From the NCBI GenBank assembly GCA_903879985.1, contig CAIRNR010000007.1, positions 412,880 through 463,518 on the forward strand: DNA of 50,639 nucleotides. The letters are read 5' to 3'. This document shows, piece by piece, positions 26,927-36,745 of this stretch (position 1 is the first letter of the stretch; every line of letters begins with the position of its first letter). A model generated the notes under the pieces. It ran no database searches and was not told the DNA's origin. It worked only from the letters and a program-made list of their open reading frames with translations. The position numbers and the translations under genes were made by a program. The stretch comes from an uncultured candidate division WWE3 bacterium. GTDB taxonomy: Bacteria > Patescibacteriota > WWE3 > UBA101185 > UBA10185.

Positions 26927-28570
26927 TTACTTAAACGGCGAAAGGCAAATGCCGCTTGAGTTATAGTCAATCTTCGGATCGGCAAGCCACAAGCATTTGC
27001 CAAACTCCATCGTGCCACCTTGATACAAGGGCATAACTTCCGAAAAATCGACAACAAAGCGAGGGCTATCGGGATTTTCACATCCACCGATACCCAGCGT
27101 TACTGTGTTTACACTTACGTTACAACTGGCCGCAAGGCTCCACCCTTTTTGAGCGAAGATGCTGACCATTTGCGCGAGTGGAATCGCAGCAGCTACTTTT
27201 GGCGTCGATGTTGGAATCGGCTGAGGCGTAGGTGTTGCGGTACCAACCGGGTAAAAAACGCTGCATTGAAATAGCCAAAGGCCGTTCAATGCACATTCCA
27301 TCCCGTTACTTATGCCGTCACCCCGTCCATGCATTGGGTTAAGCATAATCTGTGCACCGGTCCAATTTCCCGTTGCTCTTCCACCACCTGGGAGATTCCA
27401 GTAAAGCGAATTCCCCGGCCAATTTAATACCTGACGCACGCAAATCCATGCTTTGTAAGCATCAGGGCCATTACCGCCAACTCTTTCAGAATAAGCGGTC
27501 ATCCCGTATTCAGAAGGTCTGAATTCGAGGTAATTGTGTCCTTGCAAAACGCTACCCAGGGACCAAAAATCTGTAGCGTTTACAACTTGCACGCAGTTCT
27601 GTGCCACTGAATCTAAAATTAGAGCTTGCACCGTCGGCGCCATCTCAGTTTTAATTGCGGCCTCCGTCATACGCGCTTGCATTGTAGGGACCATTGCGGT
27701 CTTAACTGCAGCACTCGCATCAGTCGGCACAACCATCAAAGTCTTTGCATAAGACTGTTGAGTCGAGATAGCCGAATCAGGTGTAACCGCGATCAGCGTC
27801 GGAATATGCGCCACAATAATAGTGGGCATCGGCGTTGCCGGCGGTATATCTGTAGGCATTGGCAAAAAGTTCGTAGGAGTTGCCGTTGGGGTTCCTCCAC
27901 GAACAGTTACGCCAGTTGTGTCAGAAGCAGCAGAATCATCACTGTTTGGTGAAGGATCCCACTGGGTATCTCCTGGCGGCTGTACATCTTTAGCATTAAT
28001 TGCTGGATCAGGCGTAGCATTTAGAGAATACGCCGGAAGAGCAAACCAACCAATGTCTGGCTTATCGCTGTCATGAACATCCTGAACAGCCTTTTTAACT
28101 GCATCCAACATCTCCGGGTGGTCTGGATAGGCAAGAGTTTCTGCCAACCAATCTACCCCAATAATTTTTCTGCCGGATTTGGTTACGCCAGTGTTGTTCA
28201 GGAACACTTTCCATTTTGCTTTTTGAATGCAAAAATTCTGGACAGTGTCCTTTAAAGCAGGCACAGGGTTAAGCATTCCTGTACCATCAAACTTAATCGC
28301 AGTTGCCCCATCACACGCAAAATTGTCAGGGTTATTTTGATTGGTAAGCTTGTCAATAAAACCCAACATGCCACCCTTAGCGCCAGCGTTATTAGCGAGG
28401 CTCATCAAGGTGATTCCGTTGTAAGCGATGTAAATTCCGAAACCAACCCACGCCAAAAAAACCACCAAAGCAAGAACCATAAGGATTTTTGCCACAGGAT
28501 TTGTCTTCTCGATCGTGGGCGAAGCAACAACGCGCCGTCGTTTCGATCTTCTTACTACATTGTCTGACAT
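26927..28570 (-). CDS. Single-TM exported protein with Pro/Thr-rich linkers
   Basis: GGAGG SD before ATG 28570; RRSKRRR then TM; TPTATPT linkers. Confidence 0.8.
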   Translation of the reverse strand: MSDNVVRRSKRRRVVASPTIEKTNPVAKILMVLALVVFLAWVGFGIYIAYNGITLMSLANNAGAKGGMLGFIDKLTNQNNPDNFACDGATAIKFDGTGMLNPVPALKDTVQNFCIQKAKWKVFLNNTGVTKSGRKIIGVDWLAETLAYPDHPEMLDAVKKAVQDVHDSDKPDIGWFALPAYSLNATPDPAINAKDVQPPGDTQWDPSPNSDDSAASDTTGVTVRGGTPTATPTNFLPMPTDIPPATPMPTIIVAHIPTLIAVTPDSAISTQQSYAKTLMVVPTDASAAVKTAMVPTMQARMTEAAIKTEMAPTVQALILDSVAQNCVQVVNATDFWSLGSVLQGHNYLEFRPSEYGMTAYSERVGGNGPDAYKAWICVRQVLNWPGNSLYWNLPGGGRATGNWTGAQIMLNPMHGRGDGISNGMECALNGLWLFQCSVFYPVGTATPTPQPIPTSTPKVAAAIPLAQMVSIFAQKGWSLAASCNVSVNTVTLGIGGCENPDSPRFVVDFSEVMPLYQGGTMEFGKCLWLADPKIDYNSSGICLSPFK

Positions 28571-28586
28571 TTCTTCCTCCGTTTGA

Positions 28587-30140
28587 TTATTGATATCTTT
28601 GATAAATTGCAAGCACAGTATCCGCATAGGAATAACCTACATCCATGGGACCATAACTTCGTAACGCTTCACGATCGCTTCCATAACGAGACTTCAGCCC
28701 AGATAACATACCTGTGCTATAAGAAACGTTATATTCTGGATCCTTTAATTGCGCTGTAGACGGGCGATTCGCAAAACACGGACCACCGCTACACATAAAA
28801 CTAGCAGCAAGGCCATCTTTAGGCATTACTTGTAACAAACCAACTGCTCCCGAACCTGAATAAGCGTTCGGATTTCCTCCACTTTCTTGCAACATAGTTG
28901 CAGCTACAAGATTTGGATCCAGATGGTTTTTTGAGGCATAGGTCGATATGAAGCCACACCATTGCAGAATGTCTTGAGGGTATTTACCACTCACAGCACA
29001 ATTTGCATTATTACTTTGTGAGGCTTGTTTGTTTACTGCACCTGAGGCCTTTGTCGTGTTTTGGGGTACAGACGTAGGTTTAGGCGCAGGTGTTGGCGGA
29101 TCCGGAAAGATAATCTCCTTTTCCACTGCGGGATCCAAAACCTGTTGCGGAACAGCACCCAAGGATGAGCCCGCGACAGTATCAGCTGGAACAACTTGAG
29201 CAGGCACGAACAAAACAATAACCATAGAAATTGTAGTAATTAAACTTATCGCTATCCAAAGCGGTCGCCAACTCTTGTTAACCAGAACCAATAATACGGA
29301 AATTGCGAATAAACCTAAATACCAATACAAAGGCAACATCCTGATGTAATCAAAAGGAGTTGGTCCTGTTGGTTTAGGTAACTGCACATTCAACATTTTT
29401 TCAACTACAGCCCCTTGAGAAGACGTTTGCCCAGGAATTGAATCCCAAACTACATCTCCGGGCTTTGAAAACGATATCGGCGCGGAACCGTCTTTTGCAG
29501 GACCCATTCCACCACCAACATTTTTGTCCGTTCCATCAGGCACGCCACCAATATTGCCATTAGCAGGTGACTGCTTCTGAGGGGACACTACTTTTCCGGA
29601 TGTATCGCTTTCGGTTAAACAAGTGAAAGGATCCATCCATCCGGAACCAACTTCCTGTTTGTGTTCATAAAAACTCACAAACTTTTCTGGCGGTTTATCT
29701 GAGCAACCCCAATGTAAAACCGGTCCAGTTGTTGTTGGCTTTTTTAATAAATCCCATCCAGATTCTCCTGATAACGCAATGGGTTGCCCTGCAGAAACAG
29801 TGTCACCCTCTTTAACGTTTACAGAAGTTAGATGTGCATAAAACAAGTAATGACTTCCTGTCTGGATCCACAGATCTTTTCCGTAGGACCACCAGTTATC
29901 AAAAATCGCGTATACCTTACCTTCAACTGGTGAAGTAACTTGGGTTTTTAAACCACAACCAAAGTCAACGCCTGTATGATTCTTTTCATAGGGGTTCCAT
30001 TTGGAATAATCCTGGTAATAGGTTCCTTGTATGGAACAATTTGCCGGAGCGGGTAAAGCAGCCCGAACAGCAAAATAAACTAGCGTGAGAGCAAGAAGTG
30101 CTCCTACGCCGGAAATACAAAATCTCAAATTCGCGCGCAA
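28587..30140 (-). CDS. M23 peptidase + SLT lytic transglycosylase fusion
   Basis: HTGVD, YAHL, GPVLH (M23); QESGGNPNA..GAVGLLQVMP (SLT); AGGAGG before TTG 30140. Confidence 0.9.
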   Translation of the reverse strand: MRANLRFCISGVGALLALTLVYFAVRAALPAPANCSIQGTYYQDYSKWNPYEKNHTGVDFGCGLKTQVTSPVEGKVYAIFDNWWSYGKDLWIQTGSHYLFYAHLTSVNVKEGDTVSAGQPIALSGESGWDLLKKPTTTGPVLHWGCSDKPPEKFVSFYEHKQEVGSGWMDPFTCLTESDTSGKVVSPQKQSPANGNIGGVPDGTDKNVGGGMGPAKDGSAPISFSKPGDVVWDSIPGQTSSQGAVVEKMLNVQLPKPTGPTPFDYIRMLPLYWYLGLFAISVLLVLVNKSWRPLWIAISLITTISMVIVLFVPAQVVPADTVAGSSLGAVPQQVLDPAVEKEIIFPDPPTPAPKPTSVPQNTTKASGAVNKQASQSNNANCAVSGKYPQDILQWCGFISTYASKNHLDPNLVAATMLQESGGNPNAYSGSGAVGLLQVMPKDGLAASFMCSGGPCFANRPSTAQLKDPEYNVSYSTGMLSGLKSRYGSDREALRSYGPMDVGYSYADTVLAIYQRYQ

Positions 30141-30183
30141 GATACACCTCCTGAGTGTATATATACTTAAGTTCTTCATTCAA

Positions 30184-30231
30184 TTATCAAAGTGCTTACG
30201 TTACAAGTCATTACGACTCTAAATAACGTAA
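30184..30231 (-). promoter_or_regulatory. Hairpin followed by boxA-like GCACTTTGATAA
   Basis: TTACGTTA/TAACGTAA stem 30196-30231; motif at 30195-30184. Confidence 0.5.
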
Positions 30232-30453
30232 TTTAAACGGTACAAATTTGGTACCGAAACAACATCCTCGTAGTATTTACTCACTAAGAGAATAACGTGA
30301 GGGTACCAAGATTAAATTTTTGGGACAGAAGTATAAAGGGAAAAAGAAAAATGAGCTCAGTTGTACCTTTCTAACCGAATTGGGCTATTAGAAAAACTAA
30401 CAATCTTATACCAAAATAATAAGGGAAACGCAACCTATAGAGGTTATTATCAA

Positions 30454-32703
30454 CTAATTCTCAACTTGGGGCCAAGAGGCTATTATCAATAAATCTTCGG
30501 AATCGTTTCGGATAGCAGAAATCTCACCCCAAACTGCTTCTGTAACAAAAGGCATAAATGGGTGTAGAACCTTTAAACAAGACACAAAAAGCTGTCGTAG
30601 CACGCTTAGAGCCACTTCCTTGTCTTCACGGGATTTAACATTTTCAATATATTTGGAAGCAAGTTCGTCCCACATGTAATGGTAAATTGCGTCAGACGCA
30701 TCCGAAAAACGATATTTTTCTAAGCTTTCATTTACTAATTTAACCAAGGAATTAAATCCGGAAATCATTTCTTTGTCCATATCCTGTAGGCCGTCCATGT
30801 TTGCGGAGAACTCTTTAACAGTTCCACCAGCTTTTGCAACATCGTCAAACATCATTTCCATAAATCGGGCCATATTCCAAATCTTATTGGCGAAATTTCT
30901 AAAGGCGATAACTTTATCCTTTGGGAAGGCAAAGTCTTTACCATTGGCCGTACCGCTGATCAAACCCATACGTAAAGCGTCGGTACCATACTGATCTTGA
31001 TACTCTTCAGGGTTTATTACATTTCCCAAACTTTTACTCATCTTTTTACCGTCAACAGCCATAACGCGGCCATGTAAGTAAACATCGTTAAAAGGCACTT
31101 CTCCCGTTAAATAAACGCCGAACATAAGCATTCGGGACACCCAACGGGTAATAATTTCCCAACCTGTTTCTAAAACACTTGTTGGATAAAAATACTTAAA
31201 GTCTTCTGAATCAGGATAACCCAGTGTAATTAAAGGCCACTGACCGCTTGAAAACCAAGTATCAAAAGTATCAGTTTCCTGTAAAAAGTTTTCACCTGGC
31301 TTTTCTTTGCTCACAACGTATTTAGCACTTATTGGAGCCATTAAACTTTGTAAGCCTGTTTCGATTTGTTCAAAAGAATAAGTTTTAAGGAGGTCGCCAA
31401 CTTTTCCTGTGACACCTTTTCCCTCACTACCTAAAAAGGTAACGGTCATATCAGGATTTTCAGTTGTGCTATACCAAGCCGGAACTCTTATACCCCAAAC
31501 AATTTGTCGGGAAATCGCCCAATCGTGCATGTTTTCCATCCAACGTTCAAAGGTTATTTCTTGCCATTTAGGAAAAATTCTAACATCCTGTTTTTTGTAC
31601 TTTTCCATTACGGCATCTCGCAACGGGCCTGTTTTTACAAACCAGTTGGGCATTAACAATTGCTCCACGTAATCTTCGGTACGATAGTCAACAGGAACCA
31701 AGCTTGTGTAGTTTTCATCAATTTTTTCTAGCAAACCAGCGGCTTGTAAGTCTTCTACAACGGCTTTTCTTGCATCCAAAACTTTCATCCCTGCATATTT
31801 ACCCGACAAAGCATTCATTTTACCGTCAACACCAATTACGGACTTAACTTCAAGATTGTGGCGTAAACCAATTTCGTAATCGTTTTTGTCGTGGGCCGGA
31901 GTTACTTTTAAAACACCCGTACCAAAACTGAAATCAACATAGCTATCAGCAATAACTGGGATTTTTTGTTTTCCTAAAGCATCTTCAAACTCAACTTCGG
32001 TGCCAATATATTTTTGGTAACGCGCGTCATCTGGATTAACAGCCAAAGCAGTATCTCCAAACTTAGTTTCAGGGCGCACCGTAGCAACAGTTAAAGGACC
32101 ATATTTAATGTAATAAAGTGATTGCTTGGTTTCTTTTAGCGTAATTTCAGCATCCGAAAAAGTTGTACCGTACTTAAAAGAATAGTTAACAATGTAACCG
32201 GCACGATAGATTTTGTCGTCATCAACCATTTTTTTAAAGGTATCAAGAACAGTGCTTATCGAACGATCGTCGAGTGTGAAAGTGTAACGCGACCAATCTA
32301 AACTGGCTCCCATGTTTTTAAGTTGAGTTTCAATGGCGTGCTTGTTGCCTAAAACAAACTCCATCATCATGTTGTAAAAAGTTTTACGATCGTATTGAAA
32401 ACGGGATTTATTTTCTTTTTTAAGTTCGCGCTCAAAAGTTGTTTGAGATTCAAAACCTGCGTGATCTGTACCCGGAAGCCAAAGTGCCGAGTAACCCTGC
32501 ATACGTTTCCAACGAATCAACAAATCTTCGATAGCGACCATTAAGGCGTTTCCAACATGCATCTTTCCGGAAGCGTTTGGTGGAGGCAAAACAATAGTAT
32601 AAGGCTTTTTACTTGGGTCTATTTTTGCCGTGCAGGCGCCGGAATCTTCCCACTTTTTTATCATTTCCGGTTCAACTAGTTTGTGATTAAATGCTTTATC
32701 CAT
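30454..32703 (-). CDS. valS: Valine--tRNA ligase
   Basis: PPPN, PGTDHAG, TVRPET, DWAISRQ, DTWFSS, KMSKS. Confidence 0.97.
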   Translation of the reverse strand: MDKAFNHKLVEPEMIKKWEDSGACTAKIDPSKKPYTIVLPPPNASGKMHVGNALMVAIEDLLIRWKRMQGYSALWLPGTDHAGFESQTTFERELKKENKSRFQYDRKTFYNMMMEFVLGNKHAIETQLKNMGASLDWSRYTFTLDDRSISTVLDTFKKMVDDDKIYRAGYIVNYSFKYGTTFSDAEITLKETKQSLYYIKYGPLTVATVRPETKFGDTALAVNPDDARYQKYIGTEVEFEDALGKQKIPVIADSYVDFSFGTGVLKVTPAHDKNDYEIGLRHNLEVKSVIGVDGKMNALSGKYAGMKVLDARKAVVEDLQAAGLLEKIDENYTSLVPVDYRTEDYVEQLLMPNWFVKTGPLRDAVMEKYKKQDVRIFPKWQEITFERWMENMHDWAISRQIVWGIRVPAWYSTTENPDMTVTFLGSEGKGVTGKVGDLLKTYSFEQIETGLQSLMAPISAKYVVSKEKPGENFLQETDTFDTWFSSGQWPLITLGYPDSEDFKYFYPTSVLETGWEIITRWVSRMLMFGVYLTGEVPFNDVYLHGRVMAVDGKKMSKSLGNVINPEEYQDQYGTDALRMGLISGTANGKDFAFPKDKVIAFRNFANKIWNMARFMEMMFDDVAKAGGTVKEFSANMDGLQDMDKEMISGFNSLVKLVNESLEKYRFSDASDAIYHYMWDELASKYIENVKSREDKEVALSVLRQLFVSCLKVLHPFMPFVTEAVWGEISAIRNDSEDLLIIASWPQVEN

Positions 32704-32778
32704 AGGTATTGCTCGAGATTATCACAAAAGCTTGGGGAGCTCAATATTAAGCGTTAATTAGTGTATTATTTATGTTGT

Positions 32779-33696
32779 ATGCCAATCACGCAACAACACG
32801 TAACATCTGCAGAAAAAGAGAGTAATCCTCTTGGACAAATTCATGAAAATGTAATGGAAGCATTTAAACACTTAGAAGGGCAAGGTGGCGATTCTGAAGC
32901 AACGTCTAAAGCTATACAAGCGTTTTTTGAAATCAGGTTTCCAGATCAAGCAAAGGAAGTATTAGAAGGTAAAGCACAATATCCACTAAAAAAGCCTATT
33001 TATAGAACATGGCGAGGAAGTGATGAATTCACAGAAGAATCAAATGTTATTGCAACGTCAAATGCTGCTGAAAACATACGAAGTGCCTTGGAAACTGCAT
33101 CTCAAGGACTTTTAGAAGTCAGAACAGTTAGACGGGACGAACACGAGCGCACATCTTTAGAGATACATTACATTAATCCGCTTGATAAATTGGTACGTAA
33201 TGCAAAAGCGGGTTTTGGTGCTTATGAAAAAGACCTCGCAGATGTTGCAGCATTATATAGGATGGGACTAATAACCCAAGAACAAATATACGATAAAGGC
33301 CTAGAGGTACCAACAAATACATCTCAAGAAGCGATGAGTATAATGCAAAGAAATTCTCCAAGGCCCCATCAAACTATAAGATCGGCCAATTTCATAATGA
33401 CAGGGAATATTAAAACAGATAAATACGGGGACCCACGAAATAGTGACGCGTTTAATTACGAAAACTTTACCGAAGAAATTATCCAAGCTATTCAAGAAAA
33501 ATATCCAAATCCAATGACACTAATGCTAACAAATCTGCAAAGTTTACATAACCACCTTGAAGAATTAGGTAATACTCCTGCAAAAATAGCCGAATATGAA
33601 AAATCTTATGGAGATATGCTTAAAGCTATATACGGTCCTAGATTTAATTACTTTATGCAATCTGTTAAAAACATCGACAAATTTAACACTACTTAA
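32779..33696 (+). CDS. Hypothetical protein
   Basis: About 305-aa ORF; no confident family; start uncertain. Confidence 0.7.
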   Translation: MPITQQHVTSAEKESNPLGQIHENVMEAFKHLEGQGGDSEATSKAIQAFFEIRFPDQAKEVLEGKAQYPLKKPIYRTWRGSDEFTEESNVIATSNAAENIRSALETASQGLLEVRTVRRDEHERTSLEIHYINPLDKLVRNAKAGFGAYEKDLADVAALYRMGLITQEQIYDKGLEVPTNTSQEAMSIMQRNSPRPHQTIRSANFIMTGNIKTDKYGDPRNSDAFNYENFTEEIIQAIQEKYPNPMTLMLTNLQSLHNHLEELGNTPAKIAEYEKSYGDMLKAIYGPRFNYFMQSVKNIDKFNTT

Positions 33697-33898
33697 CAAT
33701 CTCCCCTTCAATAACACCACTTTTATGCTCATTTTTCATCTGAATATATTTAATAATTAAAGTTAAAATCAAAACCAAAGCATCATCACTATAACCAAGT
33801 GGTCCTAAAAAATCAGGAATGATATCAATTGGGGATAAAACGTAAATGATTGCGGCAATTAAAAGCCAGTTTTTCTTTAAAAATTGTTTAAGTTGCAT
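33689..33898 (-). CDS. DUF1232/YkvA family membrane protein
   Basis: YVLSPIDIIPDFLGPLGYSDD. Confidence 0.9.
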   Translation of the reverse strand: MQLKQFLKKNWLLIAAIIYVLSPIDIIPDFLGPLGYSDDALVLILTLIIKYIQMKNEHKSGVIEGEIVK

Positions 33899-34005
33899 AA
33901 ATCTTTTATACCTGAAAGCTGAAAATAGTTCAAATTTGCTTTAAAAACAATTCTTTGGTAATACTGGTCAAAGAAGTTAAATAATCAGACAAAGGAGAGA
34001 TTCAG

Positions 34006-34323
34006 ATGATTATTACACCGAATAAACTAGGACCAGTAGTTTCGGCAGGAACGGTTTGCGAGTGGTTGACCGCAGCAAAGCCCGCGAAAAAAGACACACT
34101 CCCAGAGAAACTTGCATATGCAAACAGGCTCGTGGGTTGGAATTTCTCAGGTTTTACTGCCATAAATAATGTTTGGTATGCAGTTTTCGAGAGCACCTGC
34201 GACAAACAACGCGTTCTGCTGACCCAGATTAAGTATGCCCCGGAAGAAGCTTTCTGTGTGCTAAATGCAAAGGAAGCTTGTTTCAGTGAAGATATGCCCG
34301 TAACCCTATTCAACTACAAATAA
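34006..34323 (+). CDS. Hypothetical protein
   Basis: AAGGAG SD and its own terminator. Confidence 0.7.
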   Translation: MIITPNKLGPVVSAGTVCEWLTAAKPAKKDTLPEKLAYANRLVGWNFSGFTAINNVWYAVFESTCDKQRVLLTQIKYAPEEAFCVLNAKEACFSEDMPVTLFNYK

Positions 34324-34339
34324 ACTGGGACAACTTCGC

Positions 34340-34378
34340 AAAAGCCACACGGTATAAAATTTAGCGTGTGGCTTTTTC
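34340..34378 (+). terminator. Intrinsic terminator
   Basis: AAAAGCCACACG...CGTGTGGCTTTTT. Confidence 0.75.
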
Positions 34379-34450
34379 TATAGTCTCCAAGCAATGTTGG
34401 TGAACTGTCCGCCTGTAGCGGCCGACCAGCTTTGCTGGTAAAATCACACC

Positions 34451-35695
34451 ATGCGATACTCAACACTTATAGGCAAAACAAAAAAAGACGCACCCAAAGA
34501 TGAAAATAGTTTAAATGCTCAACTTTTGATTCGAGGCGGATTTATTCACAAAGAAATGGCCGGAGTTTACGCATTTTTACCATTAGGCTTACGTGTACTT
34601 AACAAAATAGTCGGCATCATCCGCGAAGAAATGGTTGAACTCGGCGCACAAGAACTTTTCATGACGGCATTGCAAAACCCGGAGCCATGGCAAAATACAG
34701 GTCGCTGGGATGACGAAGCTGTTGATATTTGGTTCAAAACCAAATTTAAAAACGGCACCGAAGCCGGACTTGCACCAACACACGAAGAACCACTAGCCGA
34801 CTTAATGTCAAAACAAATAAGTTCATACAAAGACTTACCAACTTACGCATTTCAGTTTCAGACAAAATTTCGTAACGAACTACGCTCACGAAGTGGCCTT
34901 ATTAGATTGCGCGAATTCTTAATGAAAGATTTGTATTCCTTTACAAGAACCCAAGAAGAATTAGATGCTTTCTATGAAAAAGCCAGTGATGCCTACGTTA
35001 AAATATTTGACCGCATAGGAATTGGCGAAAAAACAGTTTTAACATTTGCAAGTGGCGGAAGCTTTAGTAAATATAGCCATGAGTTTCAAACCATTTGCCC
35101 AGCCGGAGAAGATACCATTTATTATTCACCAGAAAAGAAGATTGCTATAAATCGTGAAGTTTACACAGACGAGGTAATAGCTGACTTAGGTTTGAAAAAA
35201 GAAGAACTCCAAGAAGTAAGTGCTATCGAAGTTGGAAATATTTTTAAACAAGGTACAAAATTCTCTATTCCAAACGGGTTAAATTATATTGACGCCGACG
35301 GAAGTAAAAAACCGGTAATTATGGGAGCTTATGGAATTGGGCCAGGTCGTGTAATGGGAACAGTAGTTGAATTGTTAAACGACGAACGCGGAATTGTTTG
35401 GCCGGAAAGTATCGCACCATTTAAAGTTCAATTGATTTTGTTAAACACAGAAAACGCTGAAGTTAAAGCACGTGCCGAGAGTTTATATAAAGAACTTAAC
35501 GATAAAGACATTGAAGTGTTGTTTGACGAAAGAGAAAACGCCACAGCCGGTGAAAAATTCTCTGACGCTGACCTAATTGGCTGCCCTTATCGAATTGTTA
35601 TATCCGCAAAAACAGGCGATAAAATAGAAGTTAAGAAAAGAACAGAAAAAGAGTCAAAGTTAATGACCCCCAGCGAATTTATCGCCAATTGCTAA
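34451..35695 (+). CDS. proS: Proline--tRNA ligase (short form)
   Basis: PTHEE, KFRNELR, REFLMKDLYSF, IEVGNIF, MGAYGIG. Confidence 0.97.
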   Translation: MRYSTLIGKTKKDAPKDENSLNAQLLIRGGFIHKEMAGVYAFLPLGLRVLNKIVGIIREEMVELGAQELFMTALQNPEPWQNTGRWDDEAVDIWFKTKFKNGTEAGLAPTHEEPLADLMSKQISSYKDLPTYAFQFQTKFRNELRSRSGLIRLREFLMKDLYSFTRTQEELDAFYEKASDAYVKIFDRIGIGEKTVLTFASGGSFSKYSHEFQTICPAGEDTIYYSPEKKIAINREVYTDEVIADLGLKKEELQEVSAIEVGNIFKQGTKFSIPNGLNYIDADGSKKPVIMGAYGIGPGRVMGTVVELLNDERGIVWPESIAPFKVQLILLNTENAEVKARAESLYKELNDKDIEVLFDERENATAGEKFSDADLIGCPYRIVISAKTGDKIEVKKRTEKESKLMTPSEFIANC

Positions 35696-35705
35696 TTATC
35701 CTTAG

Positions 35706-36719
35706 TTAAGCCAAATCCATAATACCCAAAGAAGGATCGGCCACTATTTCATCAAACGCTTTTGTTTTGTTAATGAAATTGGCAGCGGCAGCAATATAAA
35801 TTGCGTTATCTGTGCATAAGCTTATTGGTGGAACAAAAAAAGAAACCCCAAGTTCCTTTGCGTCATTACCTAAACGTGCTCGTAAATGAGTATTAGCTGC
35901 GACACCACCACCCATCAATAATGTTTTAACACCAAACTTTTTTACCGCTCTAATAGTTTTAGCAACTAAAACGTCTACAACGGATGTTTCAAATTCACAA
36001 GCAACCTGCTCTACAGGAGGATGCTCGCGTTCAATTAAATTTTTAACGGCCGTTTTTAAGCCCGAAAAAGAAAAATCAAACGTTCCGTCGTCAATCATTG
36101 GGCGAGGTAAACGTCCTGCAAGTTCATTTTTGGTACATGCTGCAGATTTTTGAGAAAGTAACACGCCACCTAAATATTTGGATAATCCCAAAAGACGTGC
36201 GGTTTTATCAAAAGATTCCCCAGCAGCATCGTCTAAGGTTCCGCCTATATATTCAAAATCACCGTGACCTCGCAACAAAACCAAGTCTGTGTGACCCCCG
36301 CTAACCAATAAAGCCACAGCTGGAAAAACAATTTCATTTGGACGATCTATAAAATTTGCGTATATGTGCCCAACTAAATGATTAACAGGTATTAAAGGTT
36401 TGTTCCACGCCAGCGCCAAAGCTTTTGCGGCTTCAACCCCAACTACTAAAGAACCAATTAAGCCCGGGCCAACTGTAACAGCAATTGCGTCAATATCGTT
36501 AATATTTCCACCTTTTTCAGCAAACTGTTTTACACATTCATTTATTACAGGAACAGTAAATTCCACTTGTTTTCTTGCAGCTATTTCGGGAACGATTCCG
36601 CCTGTTTTTTCGTGAAAATCCTTGGATGTTGCTACAACACTACAAATAACTTTAGTTCCGTCTTCTACAACGGCTGCAGCAGTTTCATCACAAGAAGATT
36701 CAATACCTAAAATTTTCAT
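35706..36719 (-). CDS. tsaD: tRNA t6A synthase
   Basis: ILGIESSCDET, GPGLIGSL, NHLVGH, VSGGHT, DDAAGE, SFSGLKT, TDN. Confidence 0.97.
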   Translation of the reverse strand: MKILGIESSCDETAAAVVEDGTKVICSVVATSKDFHEKTGGIVPEIAARKQVEFTVPVINECVKQFAEKGGNINDIDAIAVTVGPGLIGSLVVGVEAAKALALAWNKPLIPVNHLVGHIYANFIDRPNEIVFPAVALLVSGGHTDLVLLRGHGDFEYIGGTLDDAAGESFDKTARLLGLSKYLGGVLLSQKSAACTKNELAGRLPRPMIDDGTFDFSFSGLKTAVKNLIEREHPPVEQVACEFETSVVDVLVAKTIRAVKKFGVKTLLMGGGVAANTHLRARLGNDAKELGVSFFVPPISLCTDNAIYIAAAANFINKTKAFDEIVADPSLGIMDLA

Positions 36720-36745
36720 GGGATTATAGTATCACGAGTGAAAGA

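Noticed and set aside
30335-30386. Possible attenuator in the operon leader
   Set aside because: The stem pairs well only on the + strand and has C-A mismatches on the transcribed - strand
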